The notes below the pieces were generated by a model, which made no database searches, was not told the origin of the DNA, and saw only the letters and a list, made by a program, of their open reading frames with translations. A stretch of DNA of 63,285 bases, filler included, from Welwitschia mirabilis (Eukaryota): assembly GCA_051453625.1 (NCBI GenBank). It is 5 parts of one record of this genome, joined end to end, with 100 filler letters (N's around TTAATTAATTAA, not from the genome) between each part and the next. Parts side by side here need not be neighbours in the genome. Positions count along the whole stretch, not along the records: positions 22,370 to 54,067 come from JBOZIK010000001.1; positions 54,168 to 59,935 come from JBOZIK010000001.1; positions 60,036 to 63,285 come from JBOZIK010000001.1; 2 more parts are not named here. One strand, 5' to 3'. A program made the translations under genes and the position numbers. Position 1 is the stretch's first letter. The number at the start of each line of letters is the position of its first letter. This document shows positions 52,450 through 63,285 of this stretch, piece by piece.

Positions 52450-53935
52450 TGTTCATTTAAGTACATGAACTAGATTTAAACTAGGTAAGGATCTAGTGTC
52501 ATTCTTCCATAGGGATAATTGGGGTAGATTTTTAGAAATTACATAAATCTTACTAATTGAAAGTAACAAAAGAAAAATAAAAAAAGGAAGATTTGAGAAT
52601 TTATATTGAAACTTAATTGGAAAAGTAGGAAATCAAGAAAACTCTAAGGTTCGACCCAATTCATCCATTATCTATTCTTCTATCTGATGATATCCTGCAC
52701 CTCCTTAAAACATACTTAAAATCATCAAGTAATGATAACTCAGGTCATGGTAACATAATTTCATTTACCATATGAAAGTTGATGAATTCATTAGTCACTT
52801 GATGTAATACCCCAACTTTAATTACCCTAATTAACCNNNNNNNNNNNNNNNNNNNNNNNNNNNNNNNNNNNNNNNNNNNNNNNNNNNNNNNNNNNNNNNN
52901 NNNNNNNNNNNNNNNNNNNNNNNNNNNNNNNNNNNNAAAATTAATATCAAAGTGTTTTACATAGTTTAGAAACCCTATTAATTAAAGCTTACAAAATGTG
53001 GGTTATAACACTTGATCCTTTATAGCCTTAAAATAAGCATGGAAAGTAAGAACTCAATGTGCTTGAGATCAATCAAGTCAAAAAAGATTTAGACTAATTA
53101 ACTAATGAATTCACTCAGTTGATAAAGAAATTGATAATATAGATTCACTAAAATGAACATCTACTTGTATTGAATAAAAAAGAATACATTACATAAACAG
53201 AAGGAAAAGATAGTTGTAAAGGACTCCTCAATCTATCCTTAAAGTAAGCTCACTCCCCAAAGAAAGTGCTCATAAGGCCAGGTTGACTTGACACTCCAAG
53301 AGTTCCATTACTTTACCAAAATAAAGGATGTTACAAGTGAGGTCTAACCTTTGGCTTGTAGCATTAGGTAAGCGATTAGAAAATATGGTATGTAGTTTTA
53401 GGTGGAGTCTTTGTCATCTTGCATTAGATAAAAATCATCATGATGAGCTCAAAAATTAGCTTTTAAATGATGCTACTTCTACCAACTGCTATCATTATCA
53501 TGTGTCTTCACTATCATCCTACTCAACATTACCACATGATGTTATTGCATGTCATTGCCATCACTGCCATATGTCATCAAAGAGACTAATTACTTTTTAT
53601 GTGAAATCTAATTAAGCCCATAACTCCATTTAACTGAATTTTATGTGACAAGTTAGGAACATGAGTTTTGAAGAGTTATTCTTAAAAGGATTAGTGGTGC
53701 TAGTGAGGAAAGGCAGTAGCATCAACATTTTAGATTGGATGATGATCAACTTTTGCAATGTTCTTCTGAATGCAATAGTTTGCTTGAAAATGTTATGGAA
53801 AGATGATAAGTCAATAATAATTATAGAAAAGAAATAAAAGACATGTTTTTATGATAATTTTATTAAATTAATATATTCTGTTAAGATAAATTAGCTAAAT
53901 TATTTAATCAGAATATCAATTTTTATATGTTAACA
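52450..53935 (-). repeat. 5' LTR of element A (interrupted at 52803-53010)
   Basis: TG...CA termini, homology to 40404-41755, and an adjacent PBS. Confidence 0.9.
52803..53010 (-). mobile_element. Tekay-family LTR insertion (collapsed across a gap), same family as the 970-5244 element
   Basis: TGTAATACCCC...GGGTTATAACA termini, perfect TSD CTTGA at 52798-52802 and 53011-53015, and 52937-53010 matches 5171-5244. Confidence 0.9.
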
Positions 53936-54167
53936 TTAATAACAATGTAAATTCTATAAGACATTTTTTTTAGCTCACAAGCTTGATTGAACAAGGATGT
54001 TTAATTCCATGTTGTAATGCCAACTTGACCTATGTAATACACTTGTGGAGTACATTTTCAAGTCCTANNNNNNNNNNNNNNNNNNNNNNNNNNNNNNNNN
54101 NNNNNNNNNNNTTAATTAATTAANNNNNNNNNNNNNNNNNNNNNNNNNNNNNNNNNNNNNNNNNNNN

Positions 54168-56090
54168 TTTCCAACGTTTTGGTTTTCCTAGGATTATCAT
54201 TAGTGATTAAGGAACTCATTTTATAAATCAACTTTTTAGATAACTTCTTTTGTCCGTTGTAATAGAATATAGAGTAGCTTGTGCTTATCATTCACAAACC
54301 AATGGTTAAGCTGAAAATGCAAACAGAGAAATTCAGAAAATGCTACAAAAACTTGTCTCTGTCAATAAGAAATCTTAGTCTTCTAAGCTTAATGATGTTC
54401 TTTGGGCTTACCATATTACTTGGCGTAATTCTCTTGGTTTTTCGCCTTATGAACTTATGTACAGAAAAGTTTGTGTTTTACCTGTTGATGTGTGTTATAG
54501 CTCTTATCGTGCTTCTCATAAACTTAATTTTGTAGACCTTCATAAGAATCTTAAACATAGATTAGCCTAATTAGATCACCTTGATGAAANNNNNNNNNNN
54601 NNNNNNNNNNNNNNNNNNNNNNNNNNNNNNNNNNNNNNNNNNNNNNNNNNNNNNNNNNNNNNNNNNNNNNNNNNNNNNNNNNNNNNNNNTAAATCCTCCT
54701 CGTATAAGAATTTAACTTGAACGTCATTAATAAGGTAGAAATGCATAATTTTATTGCTGATTATTTGTCTTGTCATTTTTCTTCTCATGATGATTTTATA
54801 ATTAATTATTCTTTTCTAAATGAATAACATTTTTTTATATCTTCTACTCATCATTCTCCTTGGTATGTTGATATTGTTAGTTACCTTATTATGATACAAC
54901 ATTAGACTTATAGTTAATGCAAATCCTTTCTTCATAGAATAGGTAATTATGAATGGATAAAGCCACATCTATATCATATGTGTAAAAACTCAATTATGTG
55001 AAAATGTGTGCTTGATTGGGAAAAATGTAATATCCTTTTTCTTTGTTATACTAGTATTTGTAGAGGTTATTTTAGTGGAGAGAAAATGGCTATGTAAATT
55101 CTTCACCCTAGTATTTATTGGCCTATTCTTTTTTAGGATTTTTTTGATTTTACTAGAAGGTGTGATTCTGTCTCCATTATGGTAGCCTTATTCATACTCA
55201 AGATATGCTTCTTATACTTATGATTAAATGTGAATCTTTTGATTATTAGGATATTGGTTTCATAGTCCCTATTCAACCATCTTCTCATGATAAAAATTAC
55301 ATTTTAGTGACTATAGATTATGTTACTAAATGGGTTGAAGCTATTCCTACTTCTTTGAATGATACCTGAACTATTTGTACCTTTTTTAAAACTCGTATTT
55401 TTCAATGATTTGATTTATATAGGATTATCACTAGTGATTAAGAAACTCATTTTATAAATTAATTTTTTAGAAAACTTCTTTTATTCATTAGAATAGAACA
55501 TGGAGAAGTTTGTGCTTATCATCATTAAACCAATGAACAAGTTGAAAATGCAAATAGAGAAATTAAGAAAATGTTACAAGGACTTATCTATGTTAATAAG
55601 AAATCTTAGGCTTATAAGCTTAACAATGTTCTTTGGGTTTACTATATCACTTGGTGTAATTCTCTTGGTTTTTACCTTATAAACGTATGTATAGAAACTT
55701 TTGTATTTTACTTGTTGATATATGCTATAACTCTTATTGTGATTCTTATCAACTTTATCTTATGGACCTTCATGAAAAACTTAAACATAGATTATTCCAA
55801 TTAGACGAACTTGATGAAAAATGTACTTGTGCTATACATCATCAATTAATCCATAAATCCTAAGCTAAGTTTAAACATAATAAAAATTTAATTCATACAA
55901 AGTTTGAACCTAGTCTACTTGTCCTTTTATACAATACTAGAGTACATCTTTTAAATAACAAGTTGACCTCTAAATGCTTAGGTCCTTATCTTCTAAAGAA
56001 AGTGCATTCTAATGGCTCTGTTGAGATTCCGACTTAGAAACTAAGGAGATTCAGGAAGTTAATAGACAAAGATTGAAACTATACGACAAA
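54168..56090 (+). pseudogene. RNase H end and integrase, multiply disrupted and partly duplicated
   Basis: PWYVDIVSYL (~54859), IDYVTKWVEAIPT (~55313), FQRFGFPRIIISD*GTHF (~54169, repeated at ~55400) and VNRQRLKLY (~56058). Confidence 0.88.
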
Positions 56091-57896
56091 TCTTTCGATA
56101 CAACTTTAAACATAGTAGAAGCACTTCTTTTGGAGGTTCCCCTCAATAAGGAGGACTTCCACCCTATCATTGTTTAAATTTTTTCTTAGCTTATTACTTT
56201 GATGGATGTTATGATGTAACTTGATTATCTTTTAAACTTGGCTTATGTGTTGCTTTATGAAGTTTCCACGACTACTATTCGTACTTGGGCATTTTACAGT
56301 GATAAGATTGCACTTTGAAGGAAGATGCCCTAGTTCTTGTTGTTTTTTAATGATGTGAGGTCTTTGGTTGTTTAGGAGTGTTCTTTTCTGTCTCTCATCT
56401 CACTTATTCACCTTCGTCTTTTTGAATGTGTGATTATGTGGAAATTATTCCAAAAAAATATTGTCAAAAAAAAGAGAGAAAAGAAAATAATGACCATGAT
56501 CTATTGTATCTGTGCTTTAAAAAAAAATACATAGTCGCATGATATACTACCACACCAGGGTAAAGTTTTCCGAAAGGAACCTTTCATAGTGTCGGTGGCT
56601 ATGGGAACTCCACTAAGAGGTTAGTTAGCTATGCTTCATGGGTCCTTACTTTTCTGACTATGGTTACACTCCCCTCATCATGGAAAAGTTGTAATAAACT
56701 TTGAGGCTATGGGATCAGTGGTGTTCCTGGTGTCATCAGAGGCATTGCTTATTTCTTAGACTCTTAGTATTCCCACATGATCATTTCACTTTTAAGGATT
56801 CGGGTGTGTTTTGAGGGGTGAACAGGTGAGTTCATTTTTGAGTAACTTTTGATCTTATCATTCATTGTTCTAAGTACTTGACTTTTTTTGGTATCGTCAT
56901 AATCACTGCCTTTTCGAGTGGAACTTTATGGAGTTAATACATTTTGTCATGCATTTTTACTCAGGTGGCTTTATAATGTCTTCCATGGGGGTTTACTAGG
57001 TTAGAATTTAAGATAGGTGAGCAATTTTCTTCATGTTCCTTGTGTCCATTTTTGTTCTACTTTTCTTTGGTTTTTCGGTTTGTTATTTCAAAGTCGTCTT
57101 TGCATTTTCTCATCTTCACATAGGACCTTATCATTTAGTACTTTCCTTGTTATTAATTCATGACATATATCATTTTCTTTTAACATTCAAATTAAACATA
57201 TAGTCTTTTATGCTTCATAATTTTTATGAGATTCCTTGTATCTTTTGCAGTTCTACACGTAGTCTTGTTTATTTTTTCAGTTCGGGCATATTTGTTCAGT
57301 GTTTTTGTCAAGTTTTAACCTAGTTAGTATGTTTTTCTTCAGCCTTATTTTTCATTTGTTTAGAATTTTCCTCATCATCCTGATTTGTCACAATTCCTTA
57401 TCATTCTTTGTTTTTCCAAACTTTTTGATAAATTCTAATACCTTTACGATAATATCTGAGCCTAACTTTCTTGGCTGACATTTTTATTTTTGCAACCTTT
57501 TTCAAGTCCCATCGTCCACCTGGTCGTCCAGATGACGCAGGCAAACCATAATTAGATTTTTTGTGAAAGTCATCCTAGGGTTGTCCTCCAGACAACACGA
57601 CTGGACAACAGTGCGATAAAACCGTGGCCCAAACTCTTTTTCCTCATTTTTCTTCATTTTTCTGTTGTTTCCGCCGGTTCCTTCGAGAGACGACAGTCCC
57701 GCTGGTCTTTGTTATCATGCTGGAACTTGTCTTACTCAGATTCACTCACCAATTGTCGAGATTTTAGTGATTTCTCGAAAATGAGGTATGTTTTTCTCTC
57801 TTTCGTCTCTTTCAATTTTTTTCTCCCGTTTCTCAGCCTATCGACGCGTNNNNNNNNNNGTATGTTAATCAGTTTTTTGCACTCTAAAATAAATAG

Positions 57897-59150
57897 GCTA
57901 AAGCTGGGGCCGAAGCTGTAGAGTAGGAGGCAGGACCATTAGTACCGCCAGAGGTAGATCGTGCGGAGCCTGTGCATCCCTCGCCTCGACACAGAAAATC
58001 GCTTACAATTCAGACTGCTACTATCCGTGTCGAGAGATATTTTGGAGACTTTATGAGCAGACTAGAGCCAGAGGCTAATCAGAGGCTCATTGATTTGCAG
58101 CTCCGCTGGATTTTGGATGCGCATGGGGGATATTATGTTTCAAAGACTAGAGAGTTCTATGACAACATGCATATGGAGCGACACCCTGATTCTTGTGGTC
58201 ACCTGGTGGATATGATTATAGCTTCGATTCAGGACCATGAGATAGCAGTACTCCCAAACCACATTGCGGCAGTGACAAATCTAGGTTGTATTGGGAATTT
58301 ACACATATATTCTGCTGGTGGGATCGAGGAGCGCCGTACATATGGCGCAACATTAGACATTTCAGCGGATTTGACATTGGATAGGCAGGGTGTTCTAGTG
58401 ACACAATTTACCCCTGCATACATGGTTTTACACAAAAGGCTAATTCACATCATCAACCCATCTTTTCATGATAGTTACACCATGGTAGCTCATCTACAGA
58501 TATTGGCAGTATTCAGGTAAGGCGAGCAAATGGACTTGCCTATTTTTATATGGAGGAGACTCAGGTCCATAGTTAAGGCACGACAATTGCAGACTCTGGG
58601 ATATCCATGTCTCCTCTCAGCGATGTTTCAACGGTTCAGGATACCAGAACCGATGGGCAAGCAGTGCCTTACTCACAGTCAGACTTCAACTCGCTATTTA
58701 CAGGACATAGGTATACAGATACCAGAAGAGGCAGAGAGACCTCAAGTTCAGAGACCTACGATTGGAGTTTTATTTGAGCAGATCTAGGCCCTCCTCGTAG
58801 AGACCACTAAGACCATCAAGGGTTTCATTGATAGAGGTATCTTGACGGTTGATCAGAAGATCCAAACACTTAAGCAGAGGATCCAGATGGTTGAGAGGAG
58901 AATGCAGCACTCTGAGGAGCAGCTAGTCAACGTACATTAGCGTGTCATACCTATCGAGCAGAGTGTGACGGTTGACCTCCCAGAGGCAGTTCGTGTACAG
59001 GAAGATGAGACAGTTTGTTCCATTTCTATATCATTGGATCTCTGTTTCCCTACGGACCCTGAGCACCCTCCTTCTTGTCCTCCTGCACCTGAGCCTGCTG
59101 CTCATTCTGAGTTTATCATGAGGCGACAAAGGAAGCAATTTATGATGTTA
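57897..59150 (+). pseudogene. Athila accessory 'env-like' ORF2 with C-terminal coiled coil; one frame, 4 stops
   Basis: ORF-track pieces 57972, 58530 and 58965 share a frame. Motifs YYVSKTREFYDN and LGYPCLLSAMFQRFRIP, and heptad-like VDQKIQTLKQRIQMVERRMQHSEEQL. Confidence 0.75.
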
Positions 59151-60035
59151 TATTTTGTATTTTTCCCTCTATATATTTTGTACTTAAAACTCATGCTTAT
59201 TATATATACACATCTTATTTTCAGTTTCAGTATGGTGTACATTTCTTTGATTTTCATGCTTATCTTTCTTTTCACATATCATTTTTACATTTCACAATGA
59301 GAATTGGTTATATTTCCGCAATCATTTTCTTTATTTACTGTACATTTCAGTTGGGGGCTATTAATTATTAATGTATTTATTGATTATCTGTCTGAAAATT
59401 TTTGTTGCAAGTTTCTGTTTTTCAAGAACAATTTTTGAGTCTGTCATCCCCCATATCGTCCGGACGATGACCGGACGACGCTATGGCCAGTAGCTTAAAC
59501 AAGTGAAACGTTTAGTTTTTTGTTTTTAATAATTCAGTCTATATCTCTAAGATTTCTGAAAACTCCTTCTGAGATAATTTTTCAATGCCTTAGTCATTTT
59601 TATTGTTAGTCAAGTTGGTTTGCAATCATGGTTAAGTACCTGGTTTTGTCAGGAACTGACAAGGCTAAGTGGGGGGCTATGTTGCACTGCCAACTTGTAT
59701 GTACTTAATAGGTTATTTTAAGTAGTTTTGCAAGATATTAAACAGGTTTATGCTCGGTTTCTATGATAATGGAGAGCTAAGATGAAAGATACAAAACATG
59801 CAATCTTCATTACATTTTACAGCATTTAAGGCAGTTTATAATATCTCCGATCTGAAGTGAAATTTCTGCAAACATTAAGGCTAAAACAATACATGAAAAA
59901 CTATTAAAAAGTATATCGTCCACCTTATCGTCTGGNNNNNNNNNNNNNNNNNNNNNNNNNNNNNNNNNNNNNNNNNNNNTTAATTAATTAANNNNNNNNN
60001 NNNNNNNNNNNNNNNNNNNNNNNNNNNNNNNNNNN

Positions 60036-60713
60036 GATCTCTAGGTCATCTCTTACCTAGGTATTTATAATGGAGGATTACTAGGATTTGATACATTTGA
60101 ATTGCGCCTCCAACGGCTATAAACAGCTAGAAAACAGCTAAGTAAGGGCTAGGTAATGGATACATAACATATACATGATTTACTTTTCCGTACTGTCCAG
60201 TCGATCTCATAGGGACTCGGTCGACCTCATCTTAGGTCCGGTCGACCCCTTGTCTCTTGGTCTAGAACTATAGACTTTATTACCTTCTCAGGTTTGGTTG
60301 ATCTCATTCTGGGTCCTGTCAACCCCTTTCCTTTCGGTCTGGGACTTAACTGTTAGCTTCTCACATCTGATCAACCCCATGAATATTCAGTCGACCCCAT
60401 TCCTCTTGGTCTAGGATTATTGGTTCTTGAGATTATAGTTCGGGTCGACCCCTTAATAATCTAGTCGACCCCTTAATAATTCGGTTGACTCCTTTGGGTT
60501 TAGTTCATTTTAGTTGTGTCTGCTTCAGGTGCGATCAACCCCTCTAGGATCCAGGCGACCCCCATTGGAGGTAAACAACTTAGCAGTTCCTTTCATGTAT
60601 TTGATCCACATCTTTCACTTGCATAACTCAAACTCATCTGCACTTAATATCTAATAAATTTTCACTACACTAGAGGAATTAGTTTGACATCAATTGACAA
60701 ATATAATTTAATA
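60036..60713 (-). repeat. 3' LTR of element E with clustered palindromic GTCGAC(CCC) motifs upstream of a TATA box
   Basis: About 10 (G)TCGACCCC-like motifs at 60200-60565, TATAAATA on the minus strand at ~60062-60069, and a start right after the GGAGAT PPT end. Confidence 0.75.
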
Positions 60714-61528
60714 ATCTCCTTCTTTGACATTGATGGCAAACAATTTAGTGATTTTAAAGATTTAAATAATGCAAACTCATTCACTAAACATTTTTAAGAA
60801 CACATTACAAAGTCAAAAAGCTCCCCTTTACATCAAGACATATACATTTGTAAGCAAAAGATAAGATAGGTATCGCTTTGACTAAACAGCATAAAATCTT
60901 CAACAATTACCATAAAAGAAGCATATTAAATTTAATATTAAATTGAAAGCATTACATCTTCTCTCCCCCTTTGACATCAATGGCAAATAATAATCATATT
61001 TAGGCACTTTTGAAACATATTATTCCTCTACGTTGATACCAAATGATGAATGATGATAAGCCAAAATTTTGAAAGCATATTGAAGCATTTTTAATAGACA
61101 AATTGTGATTTTAAAATGAGGCAATCTTAAAAATGCACAAAATTCTACCAACACTACTGATCAAAACAACACTCATGAATTACATATTTAAATGATACTA
61201 TTTGATAGCAAACTATAATACAAAGTGATAATGTAGCATAAGATAAAAATAATTTAACTCATTTTTGCTTGAGATAATAATTTTAGTTTTGTTCCAAAGT
61301 ATATAGCATTCAAGAATGTCAAAATAATGCAAAGATTAAGCTCAAACATAAGACTAAATTTTATTAAAAACAAACTGTTACAAAGTTCCATACTAAGAAA
61401 AAAGGAAAGAAGTGTTCATCAAGAGCATACATCTAAAAAATTCCATAAAGAAAGGCATAAACCTCTCTTTTTGACAATAAAAGCAAAAGAGAAAACAACA
61501 TAAAAAAGATCTAAAAGGAAAGAAGAAT

Positions 61529-62571
61529 TTAATTTGATTTCTCTTCTTCTTCTTCTTCTTCTTCTTCAGATTCCTCCTCTGAATCTTCTTCATCTCCTCT
61601 AGTACGAGTAGAGTTGGTACCTTCAGCTAAGGTATTTGCAATGTCATAACCAGCTGCTATGAGTGCTTCTTTCATATGTATGGTGCGAGAGTTAATTCGT
61701 TTCAAATATAAAAGAGTCTCATCTAGAGATGTTTCCTTTGGGATTTCAAAAGGGGATTTCTTCAAAGGAGAAAAAATATGCATGCGAGATAAAGTTGCAT
61801 GCCCAATAGGTGATAGGAGCTGAAGAGTCTCTAAAGAAGAATGTAGATTAACATAGAAATGGCAATAAATTTTAGTGATAAGCACAAAGTAGGGTAGAGA
61901 TCTAGTTCTATGGTACTGCAATTGTAAAGCCATATTTTTCAATATTATGGCAAGAGCATCAATAGAATTCTTAGTTCCTACCAAATACATCAAATAAATT
62001 CTATAGCTGAAGGCCTCATCATGATGGCCAGCTAAAAGTAGAAAATTATAAGTAAAGATCAAGTGAATAAAATGATATTTAGAGTCAACAGAGAAGTAGA
62101 AATAGTATGCTTCCAAGAATGCATTTTACCACAAATCTCCTTGGTGACTACTGGCTTGTCTTCCATTGTATCTCTCAGAGGCCAAAATTCCTCATAGTCT
62201 TCCCAAGAAAGATCGATTAGCTTAGAAATAAGATCTACTATCACTCTTATCCTTCTACCCAAAACTAGTATTTCTAGAGTCCTATTATCACAATTAAAAG
62301 AAGCATTATAGTAAAAAATTCTAGTAGGAAAATAATATGCAGAACCTGAAACATCTAAGAAATGATCTAGATCTTACTCTTTCAAGAGTTGAATAACATC
62401 TTTTAACTCTCTAAGCTCTAATGAAGCTATAAACCACTCCTAGAACATAAGTTTCTTTTCAAACTTCACATAGAACTTGTTCAAATCATCTTCAGACATA
62501 CCATGGAAGAAGTAAACAGGATCCCTTGAAGCACCTTTCTTTGGTCCTCTTCTAGAAGTGCTAGCTACCAT
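61529..62571 (-). pseudogene. Sirevirus accessory 'env-like' ORF (~345 codons; 2 stops, 1 frameshift; acidic tail)
   Basis: ATG at 62571 (MVASTSRRGPKKG...), YYFPTRIFYYN, frameshift near 62120, RSLPYFVLITKIYCHFYVNL, and a poly-E C-terminus. Confidence 0.75.
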
Positions 62572-62920
62572 TTTAGAACCTTGAAGAGAAGAAAAACTAA
62601 GAAAATCACTGGATCTAGTTGCAAATATTTCTTAAACATAAAGAAACTTACTATATCTAAAGGCTTGAAGGCATTAGAATGAGATGGAAATGATTTAAGG
62701 TTCTAGTTCTTTTATAGAATGAAGAAGAGAGGGCAGATTTTACAAAGAAATTGGGTCCACCAATTATACTTATGCACTGTAATCCATTAAGTTTAGTCGA
62801 CCACTCCAACATCTGGTCAATCCATCGAGATGTAATTTTATAGTACTGGAAGAGGTTCGGGCAACTGAACTTTTAGACCAGTCTATTAGATAATCATAGA
62901 TCTAATTGACCGTCCTATAA

Positions 62921-63285
62921 TTAGCCAAGGGATGGTGTACCAAACTCTACATCGCTTTTATGAGGGATAAAATAATTACTAAAACTAAAGTCTACATCAT
63001 AATTGATAGAGAAACATTTAATTTTATTACTATCATTCTTGAATTGTTGGTTTGCATGTATTGATTGATTTAGAGTTTCAATATCTAAATTGTAAGCATT
63101 ATCAACATGTTTTGCACATAAAATAACAGCATTTGTTTTCTCATTCTCAACTGTACATTTAGATTTATCAAAGATTATTCTATTTCCTTTGTCACACAGT
63201 TGACTAACGCTTAATAAATTGTGTTGTAAACCATTCACATAAAGTACATTATTGAGATTAGATGACATACCTCCTTTGATGCTTC
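62921..63285 (-). pseudogene. Copia pol fragment (protease-to-pre-integrase linker), truncated
   Basis: LNNVLYVNGLQHNLLSVSQLCDKGNRIIFDKSKC...NAYNL. The expected WHxRLGH and integrase core do not follow. Confidence 0.85.

Larger units (their letters stand above)
40404..53935 (-). mobile_element. Element A: non-autonomous Athila-like LTR retrotransposon with nested insertions
   Basis: Homologous LTRs at 40404-41755 and 52450-53935. Identical 5-bp TSD TTAAT at 40399-40403 and 53936-53940. PBS TGGCATCATTATCAGATA (minus, 52442-52425) is a decayed tRNA-Asp-type TGGCGCCGTTGCCGGGGA. No RT or integrase seen. Confidence 0.9.
54168..59935 (+). mobile_element. Element D: Athila-like Ty3/gypsy 3' half (decayed integrase, accessory ORF2, PPT, start of 3' LTR)
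   Basis: Integrase motifs, a long non-coding spacer, ORF2, PPT AAGTGGGGGGCTA at 59667-59679, then TGTTGCAC at 59680. Confidence 0.85.
60036..63285 (-). mobile_element. Element E: Sirevirus (SIRE)-like Ty1/copia deletion derivative
   Basis: Pol fragment NVLYVNGLQHNLLSVSQLCDKG, an accessory ORF, and repeated PPT boxes (e.g. TTTGCCATTGATGTCAAAGGGGGAGAG) at about 60960-60987, 60820 and 60715-60740, followed by an LTR. Confidence 0.85.

Noticed and set aside
54010..54067. TGTTGTAATGCCAACTTG as the 5' LTR start of element D (cf. TGTTGCACTGCCAACTTG at 59680)
   Set aside because: Similarity fades after ~18 nt and a scaffold spacer follows, so the pairing cannot be established.
59140..59300. Hydrophobic tail of ORF 58965-59300 as an envelope transmembrane domain
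   Set aside because: It coincides with a T-rich tract that gives F/L/I/Y by composition alone, so it cannot be supported without other copies.
60200..60565. Regularly spaced GTCGACCCC motifs as a CRISPR or operator array
   Set aside because: Located in a Sirevirus-like LTR upstream of its TATA box, where palindromic repeat clusters are a known feature.

Overview
Very AT-rich, gapped plant nuclear DNA, mostly decayed retrotransposons around one clear host gene. The gene is a minus-strand GRF1-interacting factor (GIF/SSXT family) at 25052-29862, with four resolvable exons and an N-gap inside the last one. The TE content is: a Tekay-type chromovirus (about 1-5.2 kb); three L1-like LINE relics; a Copia RNase H/LTR relic; tRNA-derived SINE-like relics; and a triple nest. 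In the nest, non-autonomous Athila-like element A (40404-53935, TSD TTAAT) contains a related element B in the opposite orientation, plus a Tekay-family insertion (TSD CTTGA). At the right end lie an Athila-like element and a Sirevirus-like Copia. The most interesting observations are: (1) element B carries a gag region antisense to its own LTR/PBS/PPT; (2) both right-end elements keep a homologous, nearly intact accessory ORF while pol is wrecked or deleted; (3) about 1 kb downstream of GIF is duplicated at 9.1-10.0 kb and the copy is eroded towards AT; (4) a tandem hairpin pair is conserved between A and B. No prokaryotic-type system (CRISPR etc.) is present. TTAATTAATTAA inside 100-bp N gaps is an assembly spacer. 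All identifications are by-eye motif recognition and no searches were run.
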